Source: Dicyema japonicum
Lineage: Eukaryota; Animalia; Dicyemida
Length of the DNA stretch: 64,000 bases
Direction of reading: 5' to 3'
Assembly (NCBI GenBank): GCA_011109175.1
Contig: RDEW01000034.1
Coordinates: forward strand, 455,556-519,555
A model generated the notes under the pieces. That model worked only from the letters and a program-made list of their open reading frames with translations, had not been told where the DNA came from and searched no databases. How positions within the stretch are numbered: position 1 is the first letter of the stretch; the number at the start of each line of letters is the position of its first letter. Shown here in pieces: positions 1 to 14,100 of this stretch. The position numbers and the translations under genes are program-made.

Positions 1-113
1 ATACAAGTGATTGACCTTCACTCTGTGGGTGAATCACAACTACTTTTGGAATTAGGTACGTAATCCAAGTATAGAACCAATCACCAGGCCTATATTATCA
101 GGTATAATCTTCT

Positions 114-892
114 TTGCGCTATGCTGACGATACAACCTTACTGGCTGAGACAGAGGATGGCCTCAGGGAGTTTATTCTAAGATTCCGAGAAGAGAGCGCC
201 GTCTTTGGTTTATTGCTAAATATAAAGAAGACCAAAATTATGACTACTGCTAATAATGGAATAATGGAACTAAAAATTGGGAATGAGAAAATAGAGAGTT
301 GCAATAATGATGTCCTTCTGGGATGTCTAATTAATCGGAATGGTGACGGAGGCTTGGAAATCAAGAGGCGAATTGTTATGGGACCTTCCAGAGAATGAAT
401 AGAATTTGGAAAAACAACGATATTTGCTTAAGGCCCAAATGCAGACTGGTTAATGCAATCGTGTGCCCGGTTTTTCTATACGGCGCAGAATCATGGATAC
501 TGAAAAAGGCGGATAGACGAAAAATTGATGCTTTTGAGCTGTGGTGCTGGAGGAGGTCACTAAGAATCCCTTGGACTTTTAAAATAACAAACATCGATGT
601 ACTCAAACGGGTAGAGACGGACATTTCGCTAGAAGGAAGAATCGTAAAACACAGATTGGCGTTCTTCGGGCATGTTGTCCGTTCTGATTTACTGGAAAGA
701 ACCATTATGCTGAGCAATATTACTGGAAAGAGAAGACCTGGCCGACCGAGGACTCAGTGGCTATTCACGGTGGAAGACGTCACGGGAATGCCTATATCAA
801 GGCTACTTCAAATTGCAACGGATCGGGAAGAGTGGAGGAAACTCGTTCATGAGATCTCCAAGGGTCGGACACGACTTAATTGGACAACATAA
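114..892 (+). mobile_element. RTE-clade LINE, RT C-terminal half, one frameshift near 380-395
   Basis: ORFs 114-398 and 395-892 give RYADD...LNIKKTKIM, YGAESW, IDAFELWCWRR, FFGHVVR, RRPGRPRTQW, typical of RTE RT C-termini. Confidence 0.9.
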
Positions 893-2149
893 CATAATCT
901 TAATTTTTTACAAATATATCCATTAATCAAAGTGAAGCTTTTGATTTAAAAAATTATAGACTTCATCAAAACCAGATGCCTTTCAATATGAAGCATCTTT
1001 ATAGTTTCAATAATTTCCTCATTTGTAAAATCAGCAAAAAAAATTCTCTGATCCTTTCACTCTTTTGCTAATTAAGAAATTGTTCTTTTTTCGCTTAACC
1101 ATATTCCAAATGTTACTCTAAAACGGGAAGACATTTCTCCTCATTGAAATTAAGGACCGCCTTCTTATTATCTCCATTTATATTTCTATGCAATCTCCTT
1201 CTATTCATTTCGAAGTAACAATTAGCACTCTAAATCTCTATCTCGATTCATAAACTCCCATCTTTTTAACAATCTTGATTTGATCGCGAACATAGGAAAA
1301 AACCCTCTCAAATTCTCCCCTCTTCGATTTTAAAAGCCATGTGAGCGTAAGGTATTGCGTAATTTTTTCGTCAAATATCTTCGTTCATTTCACTAGCCGT
1401 TGAATTCGCTCAAGTTGTTGCTTAAGTTTAGTGACCATGTCCATATCCAGAAATATCTATAATTTTTAAAGTCAATAAAGTGAATTTATTCAAATTTTCT
1501 AATTCATAAAGTCAAAAAATCGGTCTACTGATTATTTATTGGTAAATCGACCTATAAGTGACAATACCAACAACCCATAAAAATAATATGATTAAAGAGG
1601 TAAAAAGTCCTGAAAATTAAAAATACGTTTATTCTTTGAATAATTGATATTTTTCTTTGAGATGTTCGAATTATTTAAAAGACTAAATTTAAAATAAAAA
1701 AACCTGTTTTTCTTAATTTCCAAAAGTTCATTTTTAGTTAAATTTAATTGTTTATCAAACAAATCCAAAAAGTCACCAGTTTGTAAAGATTTTAAATCAG
1801 TTTTATTATCATCAGGTAAAACCAACAGAATAATAAAAACTCTAACCTCATCATTGAATGTAGCCATTAGTTTTTTTGCTTCTGGCTAAAACTTAAATTA
1901 TTAATTTACAGTTTTAAATTTGGAAGATATTCTTTTCGAGATATCATTGAAAATATATTCACGTGAAAAATTATCCATTAACCACAAAATTATATAGTTT
2001 TAATTATTTCTTAAAATATATTTTTAAGAAATTATATAAATTATAATTCAATTTTTTCGATTGAGCTGTTGATATTCGATTTAGAAAATCATTCGTTTGT
2101 GGTTGAACTGGTGACCTGGCTTTTAAAAAATACAGTCTAAAAAACACAA

Positions 2150-2700
2150 GACTTAGATTACTAAGGACTTACTCAGAATGTAAAACTTCATCGCTGATAT
2201 TTATTGCTGGAGACTTTAACGCAAAAGTTGGGATTCTACGTGATAAGGAGGAATCGTTCATCGGCGGACATGGACGGGGAGGAGAAACACTCCTTGAACA
2301 TTTCTGCCCAATTTCTGTCAGGTAGTTTTCTCTTCCGAGGAAACACTGCCTTTATGCATCCAGCTCGCGAGAGGAGCACATGGACTAGCCATAGAAAGAA
2401 CTAGGAAAGTGTCAATTTATGCAATCAAATTGACTACATCATTTGTCAGACTACTCACAAACCTCCTACTGCATGATGACCGTTCTTACGGAGGATCGAT
2501 GATAATAGACCATAAAATAGTTATTGGAAAGTTCTGACTAAAGAATATTGACTGACTATATTGGGAGGAAGAACCTAAGCAACGCGCCACCATCCCCATG
2601 CATATATGACTGAGTCTAAGCCGCTGATGAGGATAAATCATCACAAGCAAATTAAGAGCCACCTAAATACAGTACTGAATAATATGACTATACAAGACCT
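2150..2700 (+). mobile_element. Degenerate APE endonuclease of an RTE-like LINE
   Basis: Broken-frame motifs IFIAGDFNAKVG, NQIDYIIC, DHKIV. Confidence 0.7.
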
Positions 2701-3539
2701 ATGGGACTAGACTAGAAGCACTCCTTCAAGAAAATCATTTGTGTTCCTTCAGGAATAATCAACAGAGGATCCAATTCTTGTACCTTTGCAAGTTGTTGTC
2801 TTTCGTTCTGGAATTTTTTTCAGGACCGAGAACTGTTTTGAGATTTGAGATTTATCTCTTCTTTTTATCCAAAGAAAAAAGTTTCCAAAATTTATGATTA
2901 TTACGATAGTTTGAATGTTCTCTTTTCCATCTCTTCATTACGCTTTGATACTTCCATCAATAGCCTCTTTATCGACTTTATCCTTTCAAGGCATTAATAA
3001 TCTTACCTCTAAATTTATATTCGCTTTTTAGGAGAGTTGGCATTAACCAGGGTTATTTCTGTCTTCTATTTTAAAAGACCAGTCCAAGAAAAAGCTTGGC
3101 ATTTGTCTTTGCAATATCTTTAATCTTTTCTCTAATTTGATGAGAATCATACTCGCGACTATCAAAATTCACTTCAGAAGACACTTTTAACACTGATATT
3201 CTAAACGAACCGAAAATTTCGGTATCCTTTGTCTGGAAACCAACCTCAATAATTTCTTTACAATTGGAAAGTCCCAGCCAATTTTCTTCAAGAAACTAGA
3301 ACTCTTATTTTTTAACATTTACCGCTCTCAAGGTTGGGAGTTGTTCTTGAGAGTTTTTTCATTAATTTATTGTATTCTTCAGGTTTGGCTTCAATCGCCT
3401 TTTGACAACCCAAAAATTTGCACACCTCAACCAGACGTGTGACTAGCTATCCATGAATTTGCTGTCTGTGTCTGCATCTAAGTTTCAGTTCACCCTATTT
3501 CTACGGAGGGGAAATTTAAAGATGGACTCGAGGTATTAT

Positions 3540-4120
3540 ACGGAAATATTCCTATTCTTAATACGCGAATCCAGAAGATCCTTGGAGTGGCATTCGACTC
3601 TCTTATGACGTTCTTCAGTCACACGGAGGATGTCTTAACCAAGGGAATTCGAAAGTTGAACTTCCTAAAAGCTGTCATAAAGAAGAGCCCCTCCTCACAT
3701 ACATCTTGTATCAGCAAACTATATCTTCAAGTTATTGTGCCGACGATTGAATATGCCTGTTCTGCCTTGAGACTGGCTCTTTCCTCTTCTAGGGTCGATC
3801 TTATGAACTCTCAGGTGGAAAATCATATGCAATCAGACATCCATCCCCAGTCTCCTTTCAGAGGTGGCGACATGAGAAATGGCCTGTGCTACCTGCGTAT
3901 CTGCATGGAGTTAAAACTTTTTGCCTCCACAACGGATCAGGTTCAGAAGGGGATGCTCTACTGTGGATGTTGTCTGGTCCTACAGGTGGATTTGAGCCCA
4001 GTGTCAAATATACAAAACTAGATAACCCATTCAGAGAAAGGCGGCCCATGCAGGAATTCAAATCGATAATAGAATTTTTCTGCAGACATAAAAGACACTT
4101 CCGGAGTGCAGTCGGCTAGG
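3540..4120 (+). mobile_element. LINE (Ingi/Jockey-like) RT C-terminal remnant
   Basis: ILGVAFDSLMTFFSH...KLNFLKAV...IVPTIEYACSA resembles VLGVKYDSLLNFNSH...VEYASVAW of the element at 54288-57305. Confidence 0.7.
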
Positions 4121-5243
4121 GTTCATTTGAGAGATGTATGAGGCTGGGATAACCTATTTAGTGAGTTAATATTATTAGATATGAAAAGAGTTATTTTTTG
4201 TACTCGTATATATATTGCATTTTTCAGGTCAACACTTTGTATGCAAGGATGATACTGAAGAGAGCTAATGAATTCGTTTCGGAGTTTATCAGTAGATCAT
4301 ACAAAAAAATATTAAATATTGAAAGAGATAAGGGTAATTCCTGCGTCAAGCAATTGATAAGGAATGTTGAAAAAGAACGGCATAATCTTGTTATTACTCT
4401 TATTATCCGCTTAGGAAATCGGCTAGCCATCGTTTATTTTATTAGTCACGTTGTCGATCGTGTTGAAAGGGTTTCACTTAAAGATATGAACGAATGTGAC
4501 ACAGAACCAGTTTCTCTGGGATATTCGACATTGTGTACAATAGGGATATTGTTCTGTACGAGAAAGTAAATTTTTTTCGCTTTCTCAGTTTTAAAATAGA
4601 AAAAGTGTGCACTAACTTCCATATTGTGGGGATTGTGTTTCGATTGAGTGTGCAGAGAACAAATTTTCTTTTTTAATGGTATTTTCGATCTCTATAGGTT
4701 AGTCTGTTTTCTTACAAGATCTCCGGAAGTATTACAGCGATCATATTATGGAAAATTTTACGACGATCATGTTGACTTTGTCTCAAGTACTTCGACGTCT
4801 CCTTGAGGTAGCAAATATGCTCCTCTGGAACCCTGAACTCCATGACCATGAAGATGTGCTGAAAACTGTTTGTCACATCTAGTAATGGAGCGAGACACAC
4901 CAGCAAACATAATCATGGAATAATTTTTGGAAACATCTGAGGAAACGCTTAAGTCCTTAATGATGATTTGATTTAGTAAACAGAGGACTAAGAGAGATCC
5001 AGAGATTAGGTGGATGTGAAATATGAAATGTTTAGTAAAGTAATATTATGTTATGTTTCTTATTCTTTTTTCAGTTTGAAGTGACTCACTGAAGATTAAT
5101 TATTAAATTACTCCAATAAAGTCACTAAAAAGTTTCTCCTTGAAACAATTTCATTTTTTTGTTGAATTTGTCTGTCATTAAAGTTTAATTGTAATGATTG
5201 TTCAAGATTATATTGCATTTGTGTCAATAACAAATATTCCCGT

Positions 5244-6411
5244 CTATTTTTGAAATAATGACTTACTCCATTGTGAGTCTGCTTTCTTCAAATATATAAC
5301 CTATTCGTTTATCCACAATCTCCATCCATTCTTTCTGTAATTTGTTTTTCTTTTTGCTTTTCGGTTTTACTTTTAATTATAACTTTAATACCCTGACGAA
5401 GCATGTCTTCAGTTTTCCGTGCATTCACTTCTAGTTGGATTCTCAAATTGACAGTTTTTGTTATTTTATCATCAATCTCGTCGAGTTTAGTTTGATTATC
5501 CTTTAATAATTGACTTTGTTTGTTGGAATTATCCTCTTTTTGTCCTCTCCTTTCTTGTTGAGACATTGATGTTTCCTTAAACTCACATTATAAAATAAAC
5601 ATTTGATGACAGTTTTTCCATTTTTTTGGGCGGATCTGTGATTTCTGAGTTTTGTTCGAATTTCGCTCTCAGCATTTGAAATCTGGACTTTGAACTGAGA
5701 ATCTCTTGGCTATTGTTTTCACTTCCAACAGATTTTATTAACTCTGAGGGAAATATTCTTATGGTCCCGTCTTTTTCTTTTTTTACTGTAATGGATGGGA
5801 CGTCTGTTTTCTCAACACAAAGATTAGACACATTCCTGCATGTCCGATGTATTGAGAGTCCATCCTCCACATCCATTTCCAAAAGGTGAATCTTTTGTTT
5901 GCACTTTGAGCAAATCTTTTGTTCCAAGGTTGTCATTTTGTGGTTAACTTTGATTGTCTCCCGACTTCTACCCAAAGTCATATTATCCCCTTTTTTTGAT
6001 TTATTCAAAGGTGGAATGGGTCCTAAACATAATTATGTTATCACCAATAGGACTATTTATAAAATATTTGTAAAATTGCATTAAATATGTCATTATGCAC
6101 AATTTATCTGGATATGGCAGTATTACCATATCCTCGGGATCTAAAAATGCTGGAATTCCTAACTTCTTTTCGGCCACTGCAAAAGCAAGGTCATTGTTTT
6201 CATAAATATTCTCGGGATTCAAATTTCCAAAGTCTCTATGTATTATTATTTTTAACATTAAATCTGGTCTGAATCTATGTATTATGGCACAAAAAGCTCT
6301 CCCATCCTTCCACGACTTGTCTAGGTTTTTTATTTCAAGTCCTGGATATCCTGCACATACTTTTTTGGCCCACATTAACAATCCTTTAGAAGCCTTGGCT
6401 GTTGTCATCAT
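5244..6411 (-). CDS. CH domain + partial LIM + bMERB-like coiled-coil protein (MICAL-like/EHBP1-like); introns 6236-6256, 6023-6044, 5582-5600, 5370-5391, 5282-5300
   Basis: CH motif [22 protein letters not shown] (restored by a 21-nt GT-AG intron), CSKC-x16-HRTC, C-terminal LQKEWMEIVDKR; GT-AG introns join the ORFs in frame. Confidence 0.75.
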
Positions 6412-6459
6412 TTATTAAAATCTATTTGATTCTATTATATTATGCGGTTTTAATATTTG

Positions 6460-6790
6460 ATATCGGTAATACGTTTAACTCTGTGGTTATCAATATTCAA
6501 GGTCTTAAAGAAGAATCGAGTAGAGACCTAACAGTTTACAAGATCACATACGTAGTATCCAAGAGACTAAAGTAATGGAGGGAGTCCAGAAGAACTATGG
6601 AAATTTAGTCTTTTACTCCTAAACTCTGAATGCAAAGGGGCTTGGTTTGGCTATCCACAAAAGTCTTGATAAAAGAATATACAGAGTATGAAGAGTTAAT
6701 GACAAAATAGCTGTACTCCAGATAAAGACTGAGAAGCAATGGATATTTATTAATATGTCCTACTATGGTAAGGGTCTCTAAAAACATCAA
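6460..6790 (+). mobile_element. APE endonuclease remnant, RTE-like family
   Basis: GLGLAIHKSL...RVNDKIAVLQI resembles DRVAVLQI of the element at 24670-27850. Confidence 0.55.
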
Positions 6791-7139
6791 AGAATTTATT
6801 CAACATTAACTGACACTATCTTTTATCTCCAATCATGATATAACTGGAATACAAAGTCAAGAGGGTGAGAATATATCTGGAAAGTCAAATTGTGAGATAA
6901 AGAAAATAAAAAGAAAATATCAGGAAAATTGACGAACGTGTCTAATAAATTGAAAAGTTAAGATACGATGGTCAAATGTTCTATTTTGTTCGCCAAAGGT
7001 TATCCAACCTACAAATATTTTGTTAATAACAGGGAGTTTAATTGACAATAAAAAAAACAGATTATTTAGACCAATTCTGAAGACACTAGATCCTATCTTT
7101 GATTTTCCTCAACCGAATATCTCTTAAAGTCGAGAACTT

Positions 7140-7235
7140 TTTGACTCCGCGACGGAGCAGGTGCTCTGTGGATGTTTTCTGGTCTTACAGGTGGATTTGA
7201 GCCCAGTGTTAACTATACAAAACTGAATTCAAAAG
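7140..7235 (+). repeat. Dispersed LINE-derived repeat
   Basis: ctgtggatgttttctggtcttacaggtggatttgagcccagtgttaactatacaaaact nearly matches 3960-4020. Confidence 0.6.
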
Positions 7236-7619
7236 CCTGGAACTTGACATACATTTTTGTGTAGGTGACGGTAAAACAATCTGCGATTAAATTTAGATTA
7301 TTTTCTCTCCTTCTCTTACACCGACTTTCATGGGTATAAGTTTTATTCTATTACTCCGACTATTCCTTCTCAACTCTTTAAGATCTCAGTTAGGAACATC
7401 TCGCTGCATTACTTATGTTATTTTCCAGTGCTTCCGTCTCTGTCTCAAGCAATTTTGGTACAGATCTGCTCCAACTATTTACTGGGTTGTCTTGGCTTGT
7501 CTGTCAATTCCTCACAGGTTACTAGGGAGATGTCACCAAGTGACCCTACTTTCTTACCATCCACTTTATAATTTTTTTATTATTAATAGCAATGTCCGAC
7601 TTTTGCACTATGTTTAATA

Positions 7620-8040
7620 CACAGGCTGGAGAACCCGTGCTAATGACATTCAATGTGATAGGAATTGCGACCTCACTGCAAAGGACACAACTGACGGAGA
7701 CCTCACTCGTTATGAAATTTCTGTAGCCTGCCTTTAAAAAACCAAAGTGAAAAAAAGACTTGATGAAGTCGTGGGAGCATACAGAGTCATACTGCTAGAA
7801 CCAGAATGAAGACATTATCGACTTTATGCCAATACGATCCACAGATGCTGGAGTGTAAGTGACAGGATTTCTGTCATTCAACTGAAGTGGGCAAAACGCT
7901 GACTATCAACGCATATACTATGGGCTTAGAAATGAAATGTCCAGATGAAGTTGAAAATTTCTACACGGAACTCGCGATGACCATGGACGATATTCGTGCT
8001 TCCCCCTTCATCTCAAAAAATGAAACCGGATTGAATAATG
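7620..8040 (+). mobile_element. APE endonuclease remnant (RTE-like)
   Basis: LTINAYT...CPDEVENFY matches the RTE APE I+NxYAP...++FY pattern. Confidence 0.5.
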
Positions 8041-9328
8041 AAATAAAGGCCAAAGAGCTCGTGTGCCTACAACGATAACCTGCATCTAGTTCAAGTGGAA
8101 TCATTCGCTTGCAGCAGTAAATGGAAATCGTACCACGGGAGAAATGTGGAAAGCTATTCTAAATGTGGCATAGGCCGAGGAAATTTAGTCTAAAAAGGAT
8201 TACGTTCAAAGAGATGAGAACAACGGAATCAAGACGAGAATTCTCATTTAGTTAACGATCAGTTCAATGGGGGATCTGTGATTCTAATTACGCCAGCATT
8301 CGCTCAATTTTATGTTGAAATTCTATGGAGGACGACCACGTGACAGGGTATTTCGTGTGTAGAATCTGGTGTGACTATTGGCATGTAAACCTGTCGTTGT
8401 CGATAAAATCAATGTCTCCATCATTATAACATAATTGATAGAGAGCATCTTGGAGAGTAAGGATTGTTCTTCCCTTTTATTTTTTTCTGTTTCTGGATAC
8501 TGTTTAGGATAATCCTGTTTGCGATTAATTTTTGGCTTTCATTTTCTGCCATAACTTCCATAAGAAAAGATTGGGCTTATTTAACTTTCACAATTGAGAG
8601 TTCCACTTTCTATCATTTCAACTTTTGCTGCGTTCTAGCAATTGCTTTTGTGGGTCATTGGTTCTGTTACACACGACGCAGTATTCCTGTGGATCCAAGC
8701 AATTGATATAGTCTGCTGTTCCATAACCTAGTAGATATTCATAACACCCGCAATTAGTACAATTATACTCGAGTAGAAATATCAAATACCCAAACCTGTA
8801 ACAATAAGAGAGCCTTCTTGATGTTCTCATTACTAAATATTTCTGAGGCCATAGAGGCCCTGAGCATGTCATAAAAGTCAGAAGCTGCAAATAACAGAGA
8901 AAAGACATTTAATGAGCTTTTCTTCCTCAGCCGTGAACTCCATCGAGTTGTAAGCATGTCGCAAGTCAAAAAAGTTTTGATTTTTTACCCACGTGAGTTG
9001 TCTCCCATTGTCCCCCATCTCCGAGATCTCTGGGATCTTGTACCAGTGCCCAGAAATGATTAAAGAGGAACGTTTTTGAAATTAGCATCGAGGTCATGCC
9101 ACTTGACAGGAGGATATTGATCGAAAATTCGTCCATTAATCGGCGAGTTATGGTGTCAATTAATTTGTAAAATTTATGTTAATTGTCACGTGTTAGATTG
9201 CGTGTATAAAGTAAATTATTTAAATTTCATTATAAAAATCCAACTAATCTGGGAGTGACTTTCGACCCTTTGATGACATTCTCTCAGCATGTGAAGAACG
9301 TTATGACAAAGGGTCACAGGAAACGGGA

Positions 9329-9790
9329 ATGCGCTGTCGTCTTTTAAAACCGACGGTTGAGTATGCTTGTGCCTCATGGGCTTATGGAGTTTCAATATCA
9401 AATTTGTACAAGATCAATTCCTTAACAACTAAATTGGTACGTCTAACGAATCTTGCCGATTCCCCCCAATGCTTGACCACGCCTCAATCGAAAACAACGG
9501 AACAACTTACATCAGCAAGGATGTGATAGATGCCCAGTGGAGGCTATTTAGGCATGTACTAAGAATGAACCCGGACGCACCCGCTAACAAAGCGATGGAA
9601 GATTACTTTGACAGTTGCGACAAACCCTTCCGTGGACGACCTAGATCGACACTTCCGACTGCCTAAAACAAAAACTTAAATCGTGTGAGAAAAAATCTAA
9701 AGACGGGGGACGACCTGGACGAATTGAGATCACTCGCATTCGACAGAAAAAGATGGAAAGGACTAACTATAAATATTGTTTCTTTGAGTG
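9329..9790 (+). mobile_element. 3' end of an RTE-like LINE
   Basis: PTVEYACASW then QWRLFRHVLRM...ANKAMEDYF...FRGRPRSTLP, homologous to ORF 24716-25063. Confidence 0.75.
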
Positions 9791-9929
9791 TTGCACATGG
9801 GGGTCCATGAACATTATGGCTTTCGTGAAAGTGCCATAATATAGGAACCATAGCATCATTTGCCAGACTGTCTACTTCAGATCGTAATAAGGGAGAAAAC
9901 TAAGTGCGGGCATTGTAACTCAGCATAGA

Positions 9930-10280
9930 AGAATGTCGATCACCTTGAAACTAGGTGTGGGAGAATGCTGAATAGCTCATATCTCAGGCTGCACAACGAA
10001 GTAGTCAGATGTTTACACCTACATCTGAGCCGTCAATATGGAATAAGAAAAACTAAGAAACTGAAGACCCATTTCAGTACAAATCTGTTGTCGCAAATGA
10101 ATTTGTGGAGATTCGTGTAGACACGACGATCAGTACGTACTCTTGTTGAAATTGGGATCAATTGGCAAAACTGCTCAAGCAGGACGAGCTAGATAAGTTC
10201 CACAAGCATGACCTTCTGGAGCACAAACTTGAGATTAATCACGCAAAAGTGAAAATAATCTCTGTGGTCATCACCTGTCG
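9930..10280 (+). mobile_element. R4/Dong-like RLE-domain remnant
   Basis: HNEVVRCLHLHL...VEIRVDT...VEIGI...FHKHDLL parallels the C-terminus of the element at 32471-36064. Confidence 0.75.
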
Positions 10281-11087
10281 TTATTCACATTGAGTCTTGT
10301 GGTCCAGGATATCTTAGAACTTTGTATATATTTGTTGAAATTGGTCATAAACTTTATGATTGTATTTATTTCCGGTTATTGAAGACTTAGTGAGGATGGA
10401 AACATTTAATTTGAGACACACAATATTTTGATGATTTTATTAAACCATTATCTTTTGATATAATTATGATATCATCAGGGGGAGAGTTTTGTTAGTTGAG
10501 GACATATTCTTAAGTGATTGAAAAGTAGTGTAACTGATCTTAAGTATTCTCTTAATGAATTTTTATTTATTAATCCAAGGATTAAATTCTTTGGTAAGCC
10601 CAGACATCATAACTAATTTATCCAAATGAGAACGTCTGTTTGTGCTCACTAAACCCATCATCCAATATAGGCTTAAAAGAGGTAGAGAAATAGGTCCTAC
10701 CTCTTTCATTTTTGTCGCACATCCTACTGTCACTGACTTAACTTCATTCTTAGCGTACGAGTTTTCATAATGATAATCTTACCACTGGGAGAAGGTAGGA
10801 AGATCCTTTTCAACAACTGTGTTACCAGAAGGGCTCGTCACCTCACGGGTGTGATTTTTTTGATTCCACGGAAAGATAATGTTTTTTGTGACGAAAGAGT
10901 GGAAGTATTTTTATTGATGATTTCTTCCATTGGAGTTTATTAGGAATTCGTTCGTGACGTAGGTGGAAAATACAAAGGCCATTGAAGAACTATGTGTTAT
11001 CGTTGGTGGTCGAACCTTGTTTGTTGTGTGAAGAGTGAGAGTTGTATGGTTGTATGAGAAAAAATAATAATAAAGAGAATAATGTTT

Positions 11088-11965
11088 ATTAAACTTTAGT
11101 CCATAAGCAGAAAGACGATTATGTTTATGTGGTTTATGAGTAGTATTGTTAGAATATAATGATTGGAATACATGTTTCTTAAATTTAGAATTATTTTTGT
11201 TGATATAGTTATTGTCGTATTGTAATATCTTGTTAAGAGGTGCCCATTGATTTAATTCTTTGTTATTAGCCATTAATATTTCATCCAAGGATAGTCCGTA
11301 GTCAGATGGTGCAACCTCTCTATAAACAAATTTATCATGAGGAGGTATAATATCTACCATTTTATCATTTTTTATTTTATCTCTCCTGACTGCTCGTTTA
11401 CTGAAATAATCATAAACATCCTATTATTAATAAATAATATTACTTTGTCTGTATTTTGTTTGCTTTACTGTTTTTATTACATTCTTTTGTTTATTTTTCT
11501 TTTTGTTTTTCTTTATTACTCTCACTGACTCTATATTCCTTGGATATGATTTTATCTAATAATTATTACATTATACCTTATCTACTATACATATTCACTA
11601 TCCTCCAACAAATATTTTCTATTTAACATATAATCTCTCATAAACTTATCACTCTCATCAACACTATATATTTCATTACTCCTTTCTTTTACTTTTATTA
11701 ATTCATCATCACTCTCTTCGTTTATTAATGACTTTATATTCTCTCTCACTTTACTATCATTATCATTATATATCACTAAGGAATCCTCTCCTTTTAATAC
11801 GTATTCTCTATTCATATCCTTTATAAACAATCCCTTTCTTGACTTTTTTGAATACAAGTCCATACAATCTTCCATTAAATAACGTGCATTATCATCTTCT
11901 GACGTTGAATCAGTATTACTCACTTCCTCTTCCATTACTTTCTTTAACTTTTTCACATTTGACAT
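11088..11965 (-). CDS. KRI1: KRI1 homologue (40S biogenesis); introns 11556-11576 and 11421-11443; one frame break near 11590; 3' end approximate
   Basis: DKFMRDYMLNRKY, SYPRNIESVR, Kri1_C-type FVYREVAPSDYGLSLDEILMANNKELNQWAPL, terminal RLSAYGL. Confidence 0.8.
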
Positions 11966-12664
11966 CACCACAAAGCACGATTATATTTATTATTTTATTT
12001 ATTAAATAAAATTTTATTTAGTTTTTCTTAATAAGAAATTACAAGTCAAGCTTTCAGAGGACAGGTTATATTAAATACAATCGTCTTTCAGAAATATTCC
12101 CACAAGGATTCTGTAATCTCTGATGCTGTTAAATCTACTCATTAACCAGCCCTACTCATTAATCCTTTTGTTTAGGTTGACAAATAGTTGGAACGAGACA
12201 TGAGGAACCAAATTTGATATAGAGCCATTTTTCGGAGTCCTATCTGAACAGAATCAGACAATAAGTCCTCTCCACTTGTCCATAATGCTTTCTTAAGCAA
12301 AATATGGGCTAACTCTTCACCCTAATGATAATGTCCTGCCATGTTGGTTTCTTGTAGGTATTCTTGTGTTTTTAATGGGTTATTTATGATTGTCAAAGAG
12401 CCATTCAGGATTTCGTTTGTTATGGAGTCTCAATCGCAATGAGGATTATTTGGGCACACAATGCGGATGAATCATGTCGTTCCTGCTTACAATATTATGA
12501 AATCATTTAGAGAGAAGTCACGAACAACCTATCATCAATAATGAATATCGATCAATAATTTCTGTAACATTGTCATCCTCTAAAATGCTCTTCACTTACG
12601 AAGAGATGACCAACCATTTAAGGTCCGGTATATAGTCGGTCCATATTGATAGGAGAATGAAGGG

Positions 12665-12757
12665 TAGGAGTAAAAGGAAGAGGAGGAACAGAAAAATCAA
12701 AAAAAATCTTCAATTCATGTAGCCACATAGCATACACTAACTTTGGCGCCACGTGGC
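12665..12757 (-). repeat. Partial copy of the SINE-like family A head
   Basis: ggaagaggaggaacag...tggcgccacgtgg matches 17020-17095. Confidence 0.5.
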
Positions 12758-13049
12758 ATAGTTCATATTATGTCACAGGCGCTACGCGTTACCGAGCGCT
12801 ATCTACAGTCCACTGTATTAAAGCGGACCCTAGAGAGCCTGACACTAGAGTATAGGAGGCAGAGCCTGGAGATGACATATGGGTTCAATTGGACAAGGCA
12901 CTCTCGGAGTTGTTTCAGCAACCAGAATCGAACCTGCCTGAAGAAGCTGGCGAACAGGCAGGCGAGGAAGGTTATTTAAGCCAAAGAAACACCGTACAAG
13001 TCAATAACATATTTTCTACATGTTTTGTTAAGGTCAAGAAAATGTCAAA

Positions 13050-14100
13050 GGTAACTCCCAGGGTTTTCTGATATTTGTTTTTCGGGATATTCTTCCCATC
13101 CAGTCAATTGATACTTTCCCTAGTCTTCTGTTTGTCGTGAATAGTTCTCCAGGCTAGCAGTCAATTGATTTTCCCAAAGCCATAAACTTAGTTTATTCAG
13201 ATTGTCCTGTTTTCTTCTTGTTGTATCGGTAATACTCACATCCCTCTAAGCAATGACAATATCATCAGCATACGTTAATAATTTGTCATCGTCCCCTGTG
13301 GGAGTGGCAAGTCATTCATCATAAGGTTAAACAAGAGGGGAGATAACGGGGAGCCCTGAGAACGCCATTTGCTAATAGTCTCGATACGGAACATTGATTG
13401 CCACAGTGTACTCGTCCTCGTCGACTACTCAAGAAATTTCCCAACCATAATTTCAGGTTTGTGTCAATGTTCGAAGAATATATTTTGTTGATAATCTTTT
13501 TTGAAACAGAGTCAAAAGCCTTCTGGATATCAATTGATCATACAATCGCCTTTTTCTGTCCTGGTCTTTTGTTAAGGCCATCTGTTATGAACTCCTTTAA
13601 TGTATTTAGGTCTGATAGTATCGTCCCTCTTTGAAACCATGCTGAAATCTGGCATCTGGGAGGGAATGTTATGTGAGTGTCATAATCATCCTTTCTAGGA
13701 TTCTTGTCTGGACGCACAAGAGCGACAAAGGCCTGTAAGAAGCCGGGTCCTCCCTTGGTTTCCCAAGCTTCAGTATTGGATGAATATTCGAAAGTTCATA
13801 GCGGGAATACAGTTGAAGTTGATTGAGTAGTTGAAGATGCATGTTTGTGCTGATACGCCAGTGTGCCCATCTTTTTCAACAGAATGTGTGTTCTTTGTTC
13901 GATAGATCTCCAAAGCGACATCTCTCGGTAGAACATAAATTGTTGGATGCCTCCTTTTCGGTTTCAGTTTTTTGTGTGGAGGAATATCCATCCTTTGGAA
14001 TGGTTTGTGGCTTATTTCACACAATGTTTGATAAATTTATTCACATCCATCTCCTGTTCACGATCTCCCTCGATATTGTTTGACATTTCGCAGCATCCTC
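13050..14100 (-). mobile_element. Degenerate LINE reverse transcriptase
   Basis: Minus strand gives a G..QGSPLSPLLFNL segment and YADDIVIA. Confidence 0.75.

Noticed and set aside
4198-4569. 123-aa ORF as a host gene
   Set aside because: No recognisable motif, and I could not build a convincing exon structure; left unassigned
10911-11087. Long C-terminal extension of KRI1 in the ORF track
   Set aside because: Low-complexity Y/F/H/T translation after RLSAYGL; probably 3' UTR read through by an indel
12150-12600. RNase H domain remnant on the minus strand
   Set aside because: A WxxGH...GxE-like pattern appears only after assuming several indels; too degenerate to call
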